From positions 2,624,001-2,688,000 of the forward strand of contig OZ242311.1 in the NCBI GenBank assembly GCA_965207885.1: a stretch of 64,000 nucleotides of DNA, written 5' to 3'. The notes beneath the pieces were generated by a model. It was given only the letters and a program-made list of their open reading frames with translations. It had not been told where the DNA came from and searched no databases. Source of the stretch: Candidatus Latescibacterota bacterium (GTDB lineage: Bacteria > Latescibacterota > UBA2968). A program made the position numbers and the translations under genes. This document shows, piece after piece, positions 32,563-40,769 of the stretch; positions within the stretch are counted from its first letter, which is position 1; every line of letters begins with the position of its first letter.

Positions 32563-33183
32563 TTGAAACATGAAGAAGCGTTCGAGCGGGCCTGGACCGA
32601 CCCAGGCAACACCCGAATCGAGCTGTCTCCGGTTGACATCAACCTGGTGCTCGCCCAGTATTACCGCACGAACGAACCGCTCAGGTTTACCCGGACCATG
32701 TTGTGGGACATGGAGGTGAAAAAGGCGTTCCGTCCCGACCTCTATATTCCTTCTGTTGTAACGGCGGGCAGTTCTCACTATTGGCGCCAGCAAGCGGCGG
32801 CCGACGGAGCCGAATCCTTTGTGCGATGCTCGCGGCAGCGCCTCTGGCTTAAGCCGTCAGAGCACGGGGTGGTCCTCGAACAGGTCCTCCTTAACCCTGC
32901 GCGGCAGAGTGCCACTTTCATCGGGGCAGCGGAACTCCTCGACAAGGACGGGAACTTGCTTCGAGCAGGCGAAGGACAGCCTCTCTTTCACGTTGAGCAT
33001 TCTGTCGATGGTGACGAATTGAGACCTCTGAACCTGTGGCGCATCGTTTACCTCACGGAAAGACCCGAGCAGAAACTGATCGAGCGGTTCACGCTTGCGA
33101 AGGACATGTGGCTGCGTGAGTTCGTCGAAATCTACATCCGGCGGGACTTGAATATCGAGTTGACCCGGAGGAATGTCTTATGA
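32563..33183 (+). CDS. Hypothetical protein, possibly AtaL/SRPBCC-like
   Basis: ORF in operon context; LWDMEVKKAFRPDLYIP resembles the AtaL/DUF1857 motif. Confidence 0.5.
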   Translation: MKHEEAFERAWTDPGNTRIELSPVDINLVLAQYYRTNEPLRFTRTMLWDMEVKKAFRPDLYIPSVVTAGSSHYWRQQAAADGAESFVRCSRQRLWLKPSEHGVVLEQVLLNPARQSATFIGAAELLDKDGNLLRAGEGQPLFHVEHSVDGDELRPLNLWRIVYLTERPEQKLIERFTLAKDMWLREFVEIYIRRDLNIELTRRNVL

Positions 33184-33223
33184 GAGGACCATCCACCGAG
33201 AAACCTGCAGGGGAGCCGCTCTG

Positions 33224-34138
33224 ATGAAGATCCAGGACATCCGGCACGTGGGGTTGCTGTCACCCGTGATCGCGACCCATGCCAGGTTCTACCTCGAGGT
33301 CTGGGGACTCCGATCGGCCGGAGAAGACCGGCACGCACGATATCTCCGCGGAGCGTTGACCGAGCACCACATTCTCAGCCTGCATCAAGCGGACCGGTGC
33401 GGGCTCCACCACTTAGCTTTCAGCGTTGACGGACGCGACGCAGTTGACGCGGCGGCAACCGAACTCGAGCGCCGGGGAATTACTCTGCTGGCGCCTCCGG
33501 ATGACCTGGACGAACCCGGCGGCGGATACGGGCTGCGGTTTCTCGACCCCGAAAACCGCTGCATCGAGCTATCGACTGGTGTGGCCGAACACCCGAACAG
33601 TTGGTCTGCCAGGAAAGTCGGCCCCCGCCAGCTATGCCACGTGGGTCTCAACACTCGGTGGTTCGAGCAAACCGTGGCGTTCTACACCGAAATTCTCGGG
33701 TTTCGGGTCTCGGACTGGATTGAGAACCAGATGGTCTTCCTGCGATGCGACTGGAGACATCACGTCATTGTCTTCAATCGCGCAGATTACGCATCGGTCA
33801 ACCATGTTGCGTACGTGATGGCTAATGTAGATGACGTGATGAAAGGGGTCTCCAACCTGCGTGCCCAGGGGCAGGAACCCGACTGGGGACCGGGACGCCA
33901 CGGCCCGGGCAACAACATCTTCTGCTACTACAAGGATCCGGCTGGATACGTGAACGAATTCTCCAGCGACATAGAGTACATCGAAGACGACGCAACGCAC
34001 AAACCCGCGGTGTGGAGACGGGTACCGGAAACTTCGGACCTCTGGGGTACGGCAGGGGCGCCCAGCCCCGACGTCCGCAAGGCAATGGCCGGCGACCCTG
34101 ATCCAGGCTGGGCTGTGAAGGACATCAACGCGGATTGA
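33224..34138 (+). CDS. Two-domain VOC protein (extradiol dioxygenase-like)
   Basis: HVGL, GF.VSDW, RHH, HVAY, GPGRHGPGNN.F.Y..DP.G...E. Confidence 0.85.
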   Translation: MKIQDIRHVGLLSPVIATHARFYLEVWGLRSAGEDRHARYLRGALTEHHILSLHQADRCGLHHLAFSVDGRDAVDAAATELERRGITLLAPPDDLDEPGGGYGLRFLDPENRCIELSTGVAEHPNSWSARKVGPRQLCHVGLNTRWFEQTVAFYTEILGFRVSDWIENQMVFLRCDWRHHVIVFNRADYASVNHVAYVMANVDDVMKGVSNLRAQGQEPDWGPGRHGPGNNIFCYYKDPAGYVNEFSSDIEYIEDDATHKPAVWRRVPETSDLWGTAGAPSPDVRKAMAGDPDPGWAVKDINAD

Positions 34139-34159
34139 TAGGGAGGACGCCGCAGTGTT

Positions 34160-34196
34160 TAGGGGGAGGACACCGAATGCTGGTGTCCTCCCCCTA
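34160..34196. terminator. 15-bp perfect hairpin between convergent genes
   Basis: TAGGGGGAGGACACC-GAATGCT-GGTGTCCTCCCCCTA. Confidence 0.65.
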
Positions 34197-34209
34197 TGTC
34201 TTGCGGATA

Positions 34210-36051
34210 TCATCGGTCAATCGGTTCGTCGCCGGAGACCAGATTCACGAGATCGCCCGGTCGAAGGGTCAGGTCTGGGGAGGTGTGGAGCGCATTCCCG
34301 ATCGGGTCAGGGGCTGCCCCGGTGTAGGGGAAACCGATGGGGGGCAGGTCGGGATGTTCTGCCCTGAACTGGACGGGATCCCCAGAGAGATCCTGCGAGA
34401 GCGACCAATGGGAAAGGGACTCCGCGAAGGCGGCGAAACTCCCATCCGGTTCCTGAACATCTACGAGGACGATACAGTCGAGGGGATAATCACCGCGCTG
34501 TAATGACTCTCCTCCGTAGAGTCGAAGGTGCAACCTCAATTCAGTGTCCTCGCCATAGGCCAGACGTGCGTGACCTTGCCGGGCTTCGCCATCCTCAGTC
34601 AGGAGCAGAGGTACGATCCCATAGTAAAGATCGCCATAGGAGACGGCGACCGACTGACCCGGCTGGAGTTGTATGTCTCTGCCACCCCAGTCCACGTTAC
34701 CGATTCGCACTTCCCGGATGGCGTCCCGCAGGCCGAACAATACGCGGGGTTCGCAGTAGAACGTCGGATCGTTCAGGAATCGCTCCTCCTCGTCTTCTGG
34801 TCTTTCGTAGTGGAGGCGACCTATGACGCGAGCGCCTTCCTGACGAGACGTGAATGTCGCGCACGGCATATGCAGAAAGGATTCATCCGGAATGAGGGGG
34901 ACGCTAGCGCGCTCCTCGGCCTTGTTGCGGACGAGCAGAATATAGGATGGGGGAGAGTGGCCGCCCACGGTTTGCAGACACTGGGAGGCCAGGCTCCAGT
35001 CGGGAGTCAGGAAGTGCGTTCGTCGCGAGCCGAGCGAGATACTGCGATCGTAGATTTCGCTGGTGCCTGATTTTTCCCGAGCGAGGGTGCGGACGGCATC
35101 GGGAGGCACGTAATCGAACACCGTGTGTCTGATAAAGATCTCATTATTCAAAGCCCCCACGTAGATGTTGTCCGCGTCGGGAGGACACGGGGTGCCGAAT
35201 TTGATGTGGCCATAAAACGCCGAGGACGTGCTCGCGCCGTGCAGCGCGTCATTTTGATACGCCCGGGAAGGTGCCCCCGCCAGGAATCCGTTGGGCAGCA
35301 TATTGAGCGCAAGCTGGTAGGTGATGAGATCCATCGTCCGTTTCAACTGATCGCGGAACTGGCTGTCTCGCGCGTAGTTCCATGCCGCTTCCATGCCGTG
35401 GAGGGTGACCGGGGTGTACCCCGGGCTGTTGAATTCGTGGAACCCGTCCGCCGAAGTGCCTCTGACCCAGATGTCGAAGGCTTCGGCTGCCTCGGCTTCG
35501 ATTGAGGCATCGTCGAGGGCGTGCGAGAGGGCGACCCGGCCACCAATATTCAAGGCGTAGATGTTGGAGTACTGCCACCTGGCGGTGTGGTTGCGGATGC
35601 CTTCCACGACATTCGGAAACGCGGCCTCCATTGCGTTCTTCGTCTCGGGTGTCAGCTTGTCCTGAAAGTCGAGATAGGCGTAAACGAGCGGAATGGTAAT
35701 GAAAGAGACTGCGTTTCGGTCCTTGACGCGGTCCCAGTGCGTCATCCAGAAGAAATTGCCGAAGGTTTCGGAGCCCGGTTCGAGATCCTGGCCCTCGAGC
35801 ACGCTGTGGATGATGCGATTGGCCTCACCGGCGTCATCCGTGCCGTATGTCCGGTCGTCCGATAAAAGAAGCAGAACGGCGTACCAAATCGAAGCCGTAC
35901 GCGTGTGTCCTGTGAAGCGGGGAAAGAACGGATCGAAGTTCCGAAGAAGGGCGACGTCCGGATCGTAGTTCCGGTCGTCATTCTTGCGGAACCGGTCGCG
36001 CAGGAAAGCAACACGGGCGCGTTGTTCGCGAAGGATGGGGTCGATGTTCAT
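34210..36051 (-). CDS. Hypothetical protein (helical N-terminal domain, heparinase/lyase-like architecture possible)
   Basis: 613 aa ORF with RBS aaggag; D.NA..F, Y.NI and G..EFNSP.Y motifs. Confidence 0.6.
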   Translation of the reverse strand: MNIDPILREQRARVAFLRDRFRKNDDRNYDPDVALLRNFDPFFPRFTGHTRTASIWYAVLLLLSDDRTYGTDDAGEANRIIHSVLEGQDLEPGSETFGNFFWMTHWDRVKDRNAVSFITIPLVYAYLDFQDKLTPETKNAMEAAFPNVVEGIRNHTARWQYSNIYALNIGGRVALSHALDDASIEAEAAEAFDIWVRGTSADGFHEFNSPGYTPVTLHGMEAAWNYARDSQFRDQLKRTMDLITYQLALNMLPNGFLAGAPSRAYQNDALHGASTSSAFYGHIKFGTPCPPDADNIYVGALNNEIFIRHTVFDYVPPDAVRTLAREKSGTSEIYDRSISLGSRRTHFLTPDWSLASQCLQTVGGHSPPSYILLVRNKAEERASVPLIPDESFLHMPCATFTSRQEGARVIGRLHYERPEDEEERFLNDPTFYCEPRVLFGLRDAIREVRIGNVDWGGRDIQLQPGQSVAVSYGDLYYGIVPLLLTEDGEARQGHARLAYGEDTELRLHLRLYGGESLQRGDYPLDCIVLVDVQEPDGSFAAFAESLSHWSLSQDLSGDPVQFRAEHPDLPPIGFPYTGAAPDPIGNALHTSPDLTLRPGDLVNLVSGDEPIDR

Positions 36052-36123
36052 CGGAGACTCCTTTAACATTAACCGGTTGAGTAGTATATCCTGTTTCGTT
36101 CATTCCACAAATAGAAGAATACC

Positions 36124-37230
36124 ATGTATCAACGCATTACGACTTTTGCCATCATCGCCCTGATGTTGATCGCATTGTTCATCACAGGTAGGACTGTACC
36201 TTCAACTGCTGCAGCATGTCCTGGGGATTTTGACGGCAATAAGCGCGTTAATATAGCCGATTTTCTGGCCTTTGTAGAGGTCTTTGGTACCAGTTCTGCA
36301 GAGGCGAATTACAATGCACAGATGGATTTTGACAGTGATGGGCGCGTTGATATAGCCGATTTTCTGGCTTTTGTAGAGGTTTTTGGTACAGAGTGCGGTG
36401 ATGGTGGTGATACAAATGCAACTGGTTTGTTTACACAAACACTTTTCCATAATGGTATAACAAGAGAATATATTATATATGTGCCTGAGGCTTATGATGG
36501 AACTTCAAGAGTTCCACTTATGCTTAATTTTCACGGATATGGTGGGTTTGCAAACCAGTATTTAAAATATGCAGATATGCGGCCTTTGGCAGATATAGAA
36601 AATTTTATTCTGGTTTATCCTCAAGGGACCTTGCTGAATGGATATCCACACTGGAATTCTGGTTTAGAATCAGATAATAATAAAAGTGATGCGGATGACT
36701 TTGGCTTTGTGGAAGCGTTAATTGATGAAATTTGTTCCAGGTATAATATTGATTCGGCAAGAGTATATTCCTGTGGTTACTCAAATGGTGCTTTTTTTAC
36801 TTATGCACTTGCTTGCTATCACAGTGACAAAATAGCGGCCATAGGTTCTGTTGCTGGAACAATGATGGAGGAAACATATAACAACTGCAGGCCAGTACAT
36901 CCTATGGCTATGATAAATATTCACGGTACATCGGACTATGTTGTCCCTTATGGTGGGGGAAGTACAGGGTTATTATCAATTGATGAAGTGCTTGCTTATT
37001 GGATAGGGTTTAATAATACCAGTACTACTCCGATCGTAAATCGTATGAATGATCGTGGCGTAACAATAGAACATTATTCCTATACAGATGGCGACAACAA
37101 TACTTCTGTAGAGCATTACAAGGTTATTGACGGAGGGCATGTCTGGTTTGATATTGGCTACGATGGCTCTAATACCAGTCGTTTAATCTGGAATTTTGTG
37201 TCGAGATATGATATTAATGGAACGAACTGA
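36124..37230 (+). CDS. Secreted esterase (PHB depolymerase/LpqC-like) with an N-terminal dockerin/EF-hand repeat
   Basis: Signal peptide; two DFD.....IADFLAFVEVFGT repeats; NFHGYGG, GYSNGA, HGTSD, GGH.W. Confidence 0.85.
   Translation: MYQRITTFAIIALMLIALFITGRTVPSTAAACPGDFDGNKRVNIADFLAFVEVFGTSSAEANYNAQMDFDSDGRVDIADFLAFVEVFGTECGDGGDTNATGLFTQTLFHNGITREYIIYVPEAYDGTSRVPLMLNFHGYGGFANQYLKYADMRPLADIENFILVYPQGTLLNGYPHWNSGLESDNNKSDADDFGFVEALIDEICSRYNIDSARVYSCGYSNGAFFTYALACYHSDKIAAIGSVAGTMMEETYNNCRPVHPMAMINIHGTSDYVVPYGGGSTGLLSIDEVLAYWIGFNNTSTTPIVNRMNDRGVTIEHYSYTDGDNNTSVEHYKVIDGGHVWFDIGYDGSNTSRLIWNFVSRYDINGTN
36225..36390 (+). repeat. Tandem internal repeat encoding two EF-hand/dockerin-like motifs
   Basis: atatagccgattttctggc(c/t)tttgtagaggt(c/t)tttggtac occurs twice, 99 bp apart. 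Confidence 0.85.
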
Positions 37231-37309
37231 ATGCCCGAGAACAGCGGGAAATAACAGACCTTTTAACCAATCAGCCAGCAATCGCTGGCTCATAACTTGA
37301 GGACACATT

Positions 37310-38143
37310 ATGCAAGTAGGAATTATGTCAGGTCAAATTGCTCGGCCGACCCTGGAGGAGACACTCGACGCCATACTTGAGCACGACATCAGGCATCTTC
37401 AATTCAATTTGGGATCCCTGAATGTGGAGGGTTCGCTATCCGATAAACTCGCAAAGGCACCTGTGGTTCGGGCGGAGATCGAAAAGCGCGGCATGGTCAT
37501 CGCTGCCCTGGCTGGCACGGTCAATATGGTTCATCCCAATGAAGAAAAACGTCAGGAAGCTATCGAGCATCTCAAGTTGCTTATCCCGGCGTGTGACCCG
37601 ATGGGTACCTCGGTGATTGCCACCTGTACCGGATCGCGCGATTCGGAGAGCATGTGGCACTGGCACCCGGATAACGAAACAGAAGAAGCCTGGCAGGTGC
37701 TACGCAATACCCTGGAACAGGTACTGCCGGTTGCCGAAGCGGCTGGCGTGATCCTTGCGTTTGAACCAGAGATAAACAACGTTGCCAGCACAGTGCATAA
37801 GAGTCGGCAACTGATTGATGAAATGGGTTCACCAAACCTGAAAGTCGTGATGGATGCCGCCAACATTTTTGGCAAAGATGACCTGTCTCGCATGAGAGAG
37901 GTATTAGACGAGGCTTTCGAACTTTTGGGCGACTACATTGCCATGGCCCATGGCAAAGATCTGGATCGCGGTGGCGATGCAGGACATCTTGCCGCAGGCA
38001 CTGGCAAGCTCGATTACGCCCATTATGTATCGTTACTCTGTGGACTTCCCTTCGACGTGTCGGTCATTCTGCACGGTCTTGCCGAAGATCAGGTGGATGC
38101 CAGTGTTGCGATGCTCCGAGGTCACGCTGCAGCATACCAGTAG
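37310..38143 (+). CDS. Sugar phosphate isomerase/epimerase (AP endonuclease 2 TIM barrel)
   Basis: LAFEPE, VMDAAN, HGKD, G.G.LDY. Confidence 0.88.
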   Translation: MQVGIMSGQIARPTLEETLDAILEHDIRHLQFNLGSLNVEGSLSDKLAKAPVVRAEIEKRGMVIAALAGTVNMVHPNEEKRQEAIEHLKLLIPACDPMGTSVIATCTGSRDSESMWHWHPDNETEEAWQVLRNTLEQVLPVAEAAGVILAFEPEINNVASTVHKSRQLIDEMGSPNLKVVMDAANIFGKDDLSRMREVLDEAFELLGDYIAMAHGKDLDRGGDAGHLAAGTGKLDYAHYVSLLCGLPFDVSVILHGLAEDQVDASVAMLRGHAAAYQ

Positions 38144-38155
38144 GGGATTGACGAT

Positions 38156-39394
38156 ATGAAAGCTAAAGTCGCCATTCTGGGTTGTGGAAGGGCGTCGCAA
38201 AAATGGCACCTGCCGACAATGCACACGCTCGCCAAACACGGCGAACTCGATTTTGTCGCGCTCTGCGATATGGATAAGTCGTTAGCGAAACAGACCGGAG
38301 AATCCTATGGTGTTCCGTGGTACACCAGTGTCGAGCAGATGCTGGAAAAACACCCGGACATCATGGCCGTAGATGTCATCACCAGCGATCCCTTCCATCA
38401 TGTGCTCGGCAGGCTGATTGCAGAGCACGGCAAACACGTCATGGTGGAAAAGCCGATGGCGCTGACCTTGCCCTGTTGCGACATCATCATCGATGCCTGT
38501 CGTCGTAATGGTGTGCATTTCGAAGTGGCAGAAAATTACTTTCGCATGCCGAAGCAGCGGATGATCATTAAGCTCATTGAAGAGGGGATTTTGGGCGATA
38601 TTGTTCGCGTGTATTTCGTTGAGCCAAAGCGGCAGGATCCATTTGAGCCGACCGTTACTCACAGCGGTTTGAGCCGACCCATCTCTGGCTTTGGGCGCAC
38701 TTCTGGCATGTGCATGGATATGGGGGCACATCGATTGTCACAGTTGCGGTTGTACGCGCAAAGCGAGCCTCAGCAGATTACCGCAACGGTGAGAAAGTAC
38801 CGGTCGGATCCCAGGAGCATCCATGAAGACTGGGCGCATGCTATGATTGATTTTGAAAGCGGCGCAGTGGGTATTTATGAGACATCGCGCCTTGGTGAGG
38901 CACAGAAATACTGCCAGATTATCGGTACCCTTGGCGGTATTCTCGATACCGACTATTTCGGCCCGGAGATCCCCCTGCGTTTGCGCATCGGCGAGGAGAT
39001 GCAGGATATTCCTGTCGAGACAGTACGTCGCAAAATCGACGGGGTGGATGTATTGCAGCGGATCGTCGTGCATACGGAACCTGAGATCGTCTATGAGAAT
39101 CCGTTTCGCGACTACGCCATCGACGACTGGTGCGTGGGTCACGCTTCCGAGATTATGAGCATCGCGAATGCAGCGCTCAACGACGAGTCTCCCGAATACG
39201 GTCTCGGCGGTCGCAAGGATGTGGAGATGGCCATGGCGATTTACGAATCGTCGCTCAATGGCATGACACCCATTAAGTTGCCCCTTGAGGACGTGACCGC
39301 TTACGAGCAGATGGTGCACGAAGATTATCTCGAAAAGTTTGGCCGTCCTATTTTATCAGAAATGCGCGTAAAACCCACTCGCAGAGAGCTTTAG
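38156..39394 (+). CDS. Gfo/Idh/MocA oxidoreductase
   Basis: ILGCG, GKHVMVEKPMA, DMGAH. Confidence 0.92.
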   Translation: MKAKVAILGCGRASQKWHLPTMHTLAKHGELDFVALCDMDKSLAKQTGESYGVPWYTSVEQMLEKHPDIMAVDVITSDPFHHVLGRLIAEHGKHVMVEKPMALTLPCCDIIIDACRRNGVHFEVAENYFRMPKQRMIIKLIEEGILGDIVRVYFVEPKRQDPFEPTVTHSGLSRPISGFGRTSGMCMDMGAHRLSQLRLYAQSEPQQITATVRKYRSDPRSIHEDWAHAMIDFESGAVGIYETSRLGEAQKYCQIIGTLGGILDTDYFGPEIPLRLRIGEEMQDIPVETVRRKIDGVDVLQRIVVHTEPEIVYENPFRDYAIDDWCVGHASEIMSIANAALNDESPEYGLGGRKDVEMAMAIYESSLNGMTPIKLPLEDVTAYEQMVHEDYLEKFGRPILSEMRVKPTRREL

Positions 39395-39534
39395 CGTTGG
39401 GTCGCATGGCGAAGCGCATAGAATTTATGGGGCGGCTTTAGCCTATGGGATAGTCCTCAAGGGACTATCGGCGGCTGTGGAGCGGTGTACAAGTGCGCCA
39501 GCACTTCATCAACAAAACTCATTCCATATTACAC

Positions 39535-39563
39535 TTGACAAAAAATTCATAAGTGTATATTTT
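39535..39563 (+). promoter_or_regulatory. Putative sigma70 promoter of tnpB
   Basis: Perfect TTGACA followed by AT-rich TATATT/TATTTT, inside a TACACTT/AAGTGTA inverted repeat. Confidence 0.45.
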
Positions 39564-39567
39564 TATT

Positions 39568-40692
39568 ATGGTTAAGTCGTTCAAATACAGATTGCGTCCG
39601 ACCAAAAAGCAAGAACAAATCTTGCTGGCGCATATTGACGAATGCCGTATTCTCTATAATCAATTACTCTGTGCGAGAATACAAGCATGGAAAAATGAGA
39701 ATAAGTCTCTCTCTCAATATGACCAGACCAAAACAATACCATTGTTAAAACAGCAACACGCCGCTTTCAAGCAAGTATATAGTCAAGTGTTGCAACAAGT
39801 ATCACAGAGAGTAGATTTGGCATTCAAAGGTTTCTTTCGGCGTCTCAAAGAGAAGTCAAAGACTGGCGAGAAAGCTGGCTTTCCCAGATACAAGGGTCAG
39901 AATCGCTATGATTCTATCACCTATCCTCAGTTTGCCAATGGATGTCGATTGGACAACAAGGGCTTGCGATTGGGTAGTATTGGTTGCATTCGCATTGTCC
40001 AGCACAGGTCACTCTTAGGTATCCCTAAGTCTTGCACAATCACACGCACAGCAACAGGCAAATGGTTTGTATCTATCTCTTGCGATATTGGCGAAAAAGA
40101 TAAGAAACCAAACACTAACTCTGCTGTTGGCATTGACGTGGGTCTCAATTCCTTTGCTGTGACCAGTGACGGACAGAAAATAGAGAATCAGAGATTCTTT
40201 CGCAAAGAAGAGAAATCTCTTGCCAAAGCACAGCGCAAATGGGACGCAGTGAAAAAAAGCTCCAAGACCGACCCCACAAGAGAAAAGCGTCGTAAAGTCA
40301 TTGCCAAAGTGCATGAGCGTATCCGTAATAAGCGACATAACTTTGCTCATCAAGCATCAAGAAAAATGGTCAATCGTCACGGATTCATAGCCGTAGAGAA
40401 ACTGGACGTTAAAGAGATGCAAAAGAACAGACGATTGGCTAAATCAATAGCAGACGTCGCATGGTCACTGTTTCGGCACTGTCTCGAATACAAAGCGGAA
40501 GAAGCTGGTATTGGATTCAAAGCCGTTGATCCTGAATACACGTCACAAGATTGCTCGGCATGCGGACATAGAGAGAAAAAGACACTCTCAGATCGTGTGC
40601 ATCATTGCAAGGCGTGTGGCTATAAGACGGACAGAGACCACAATGCTGCGATAAACATATTGACGTTGGGGCTACAACGTCAGGCGGATTGA
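39568..40692 (+). CDS. tnpB: RNA-guided endonuclease TnpB
   Basis: FKYRLRPTKKQ HTH, GFPRYK, RuvC GIDVG / AVEKL / DRDHNAAINI, Zn ribbon CSAC..CKAC. Confidence 0.95.
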   Translation: MVKSFKYRLRPTKKQEQILLAHIDECRILYNQLLCARIQAWKNENKSLSQYDQTKTIPLLKQQHAAFKQVYSQVLQQVSQRVDLAFKGFFRRLKEKSKTGEKAGFPRYKGQNRYDSITYPQFANGCRLDNKGLRLGSIGCIRIVQHRSLLGIPKSCTITRTATGKWFVSISCDIGEKDKKPNTNSAVGIDVGLNSFAVTSDGQKIENQRFFRKEEKSLAKAQRKWDAVKKSSKTDPTREKRRKVIAKVHERIRNKRHNFAHQASRKMVNRHGFIAVEKLDVKEMQKNRRLAKSIADVAWSLFRHCLEYKAEEAGIGFKAVDPEYTSQDCSACGHREKKTLSDRVHHCKACGYKTDRDHNAAINILTLGLQRQAD

Positions 40693-40753
40693 CCGTCAAG
40701 AAGCCCAACTGCTCTATCGTTGGGAGTAGTCACGAGACAACCTTTAGAAAACA
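40640..40753 (+). ncRNA. Predicted TnpB omega/reRNA 3' region (scaffold ending at TCAC 40733 plus flanking guide); 5' boundary unknown
   Basis: Established TnpB biology applied to the visible right-end hairpin; expression not observable from sequence. Confidence 0.5.
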
Positions 40754-40769
40754 GGAAAGGGAAACAAAC

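Larger units (their letters stand above)
39535..40733 (+). mobile_element. IS200/IS605-family element, TnpB only (IS1341-like); left end approximate
   Basis: tnpB followed by the right-end hairpin AGAAGCCCAAC...GTTGGGAGTAGTCAC; no tnpA seen; inserted between catabolic genes. Confidence 0.8.

Noticed and set aside
39406-39441. Short ORF MAKRIEFMGRL after a GTTGGGT core-like site
   Set aside because: Eleven codons with no matching inverse core; cannot be distinguished from chance.
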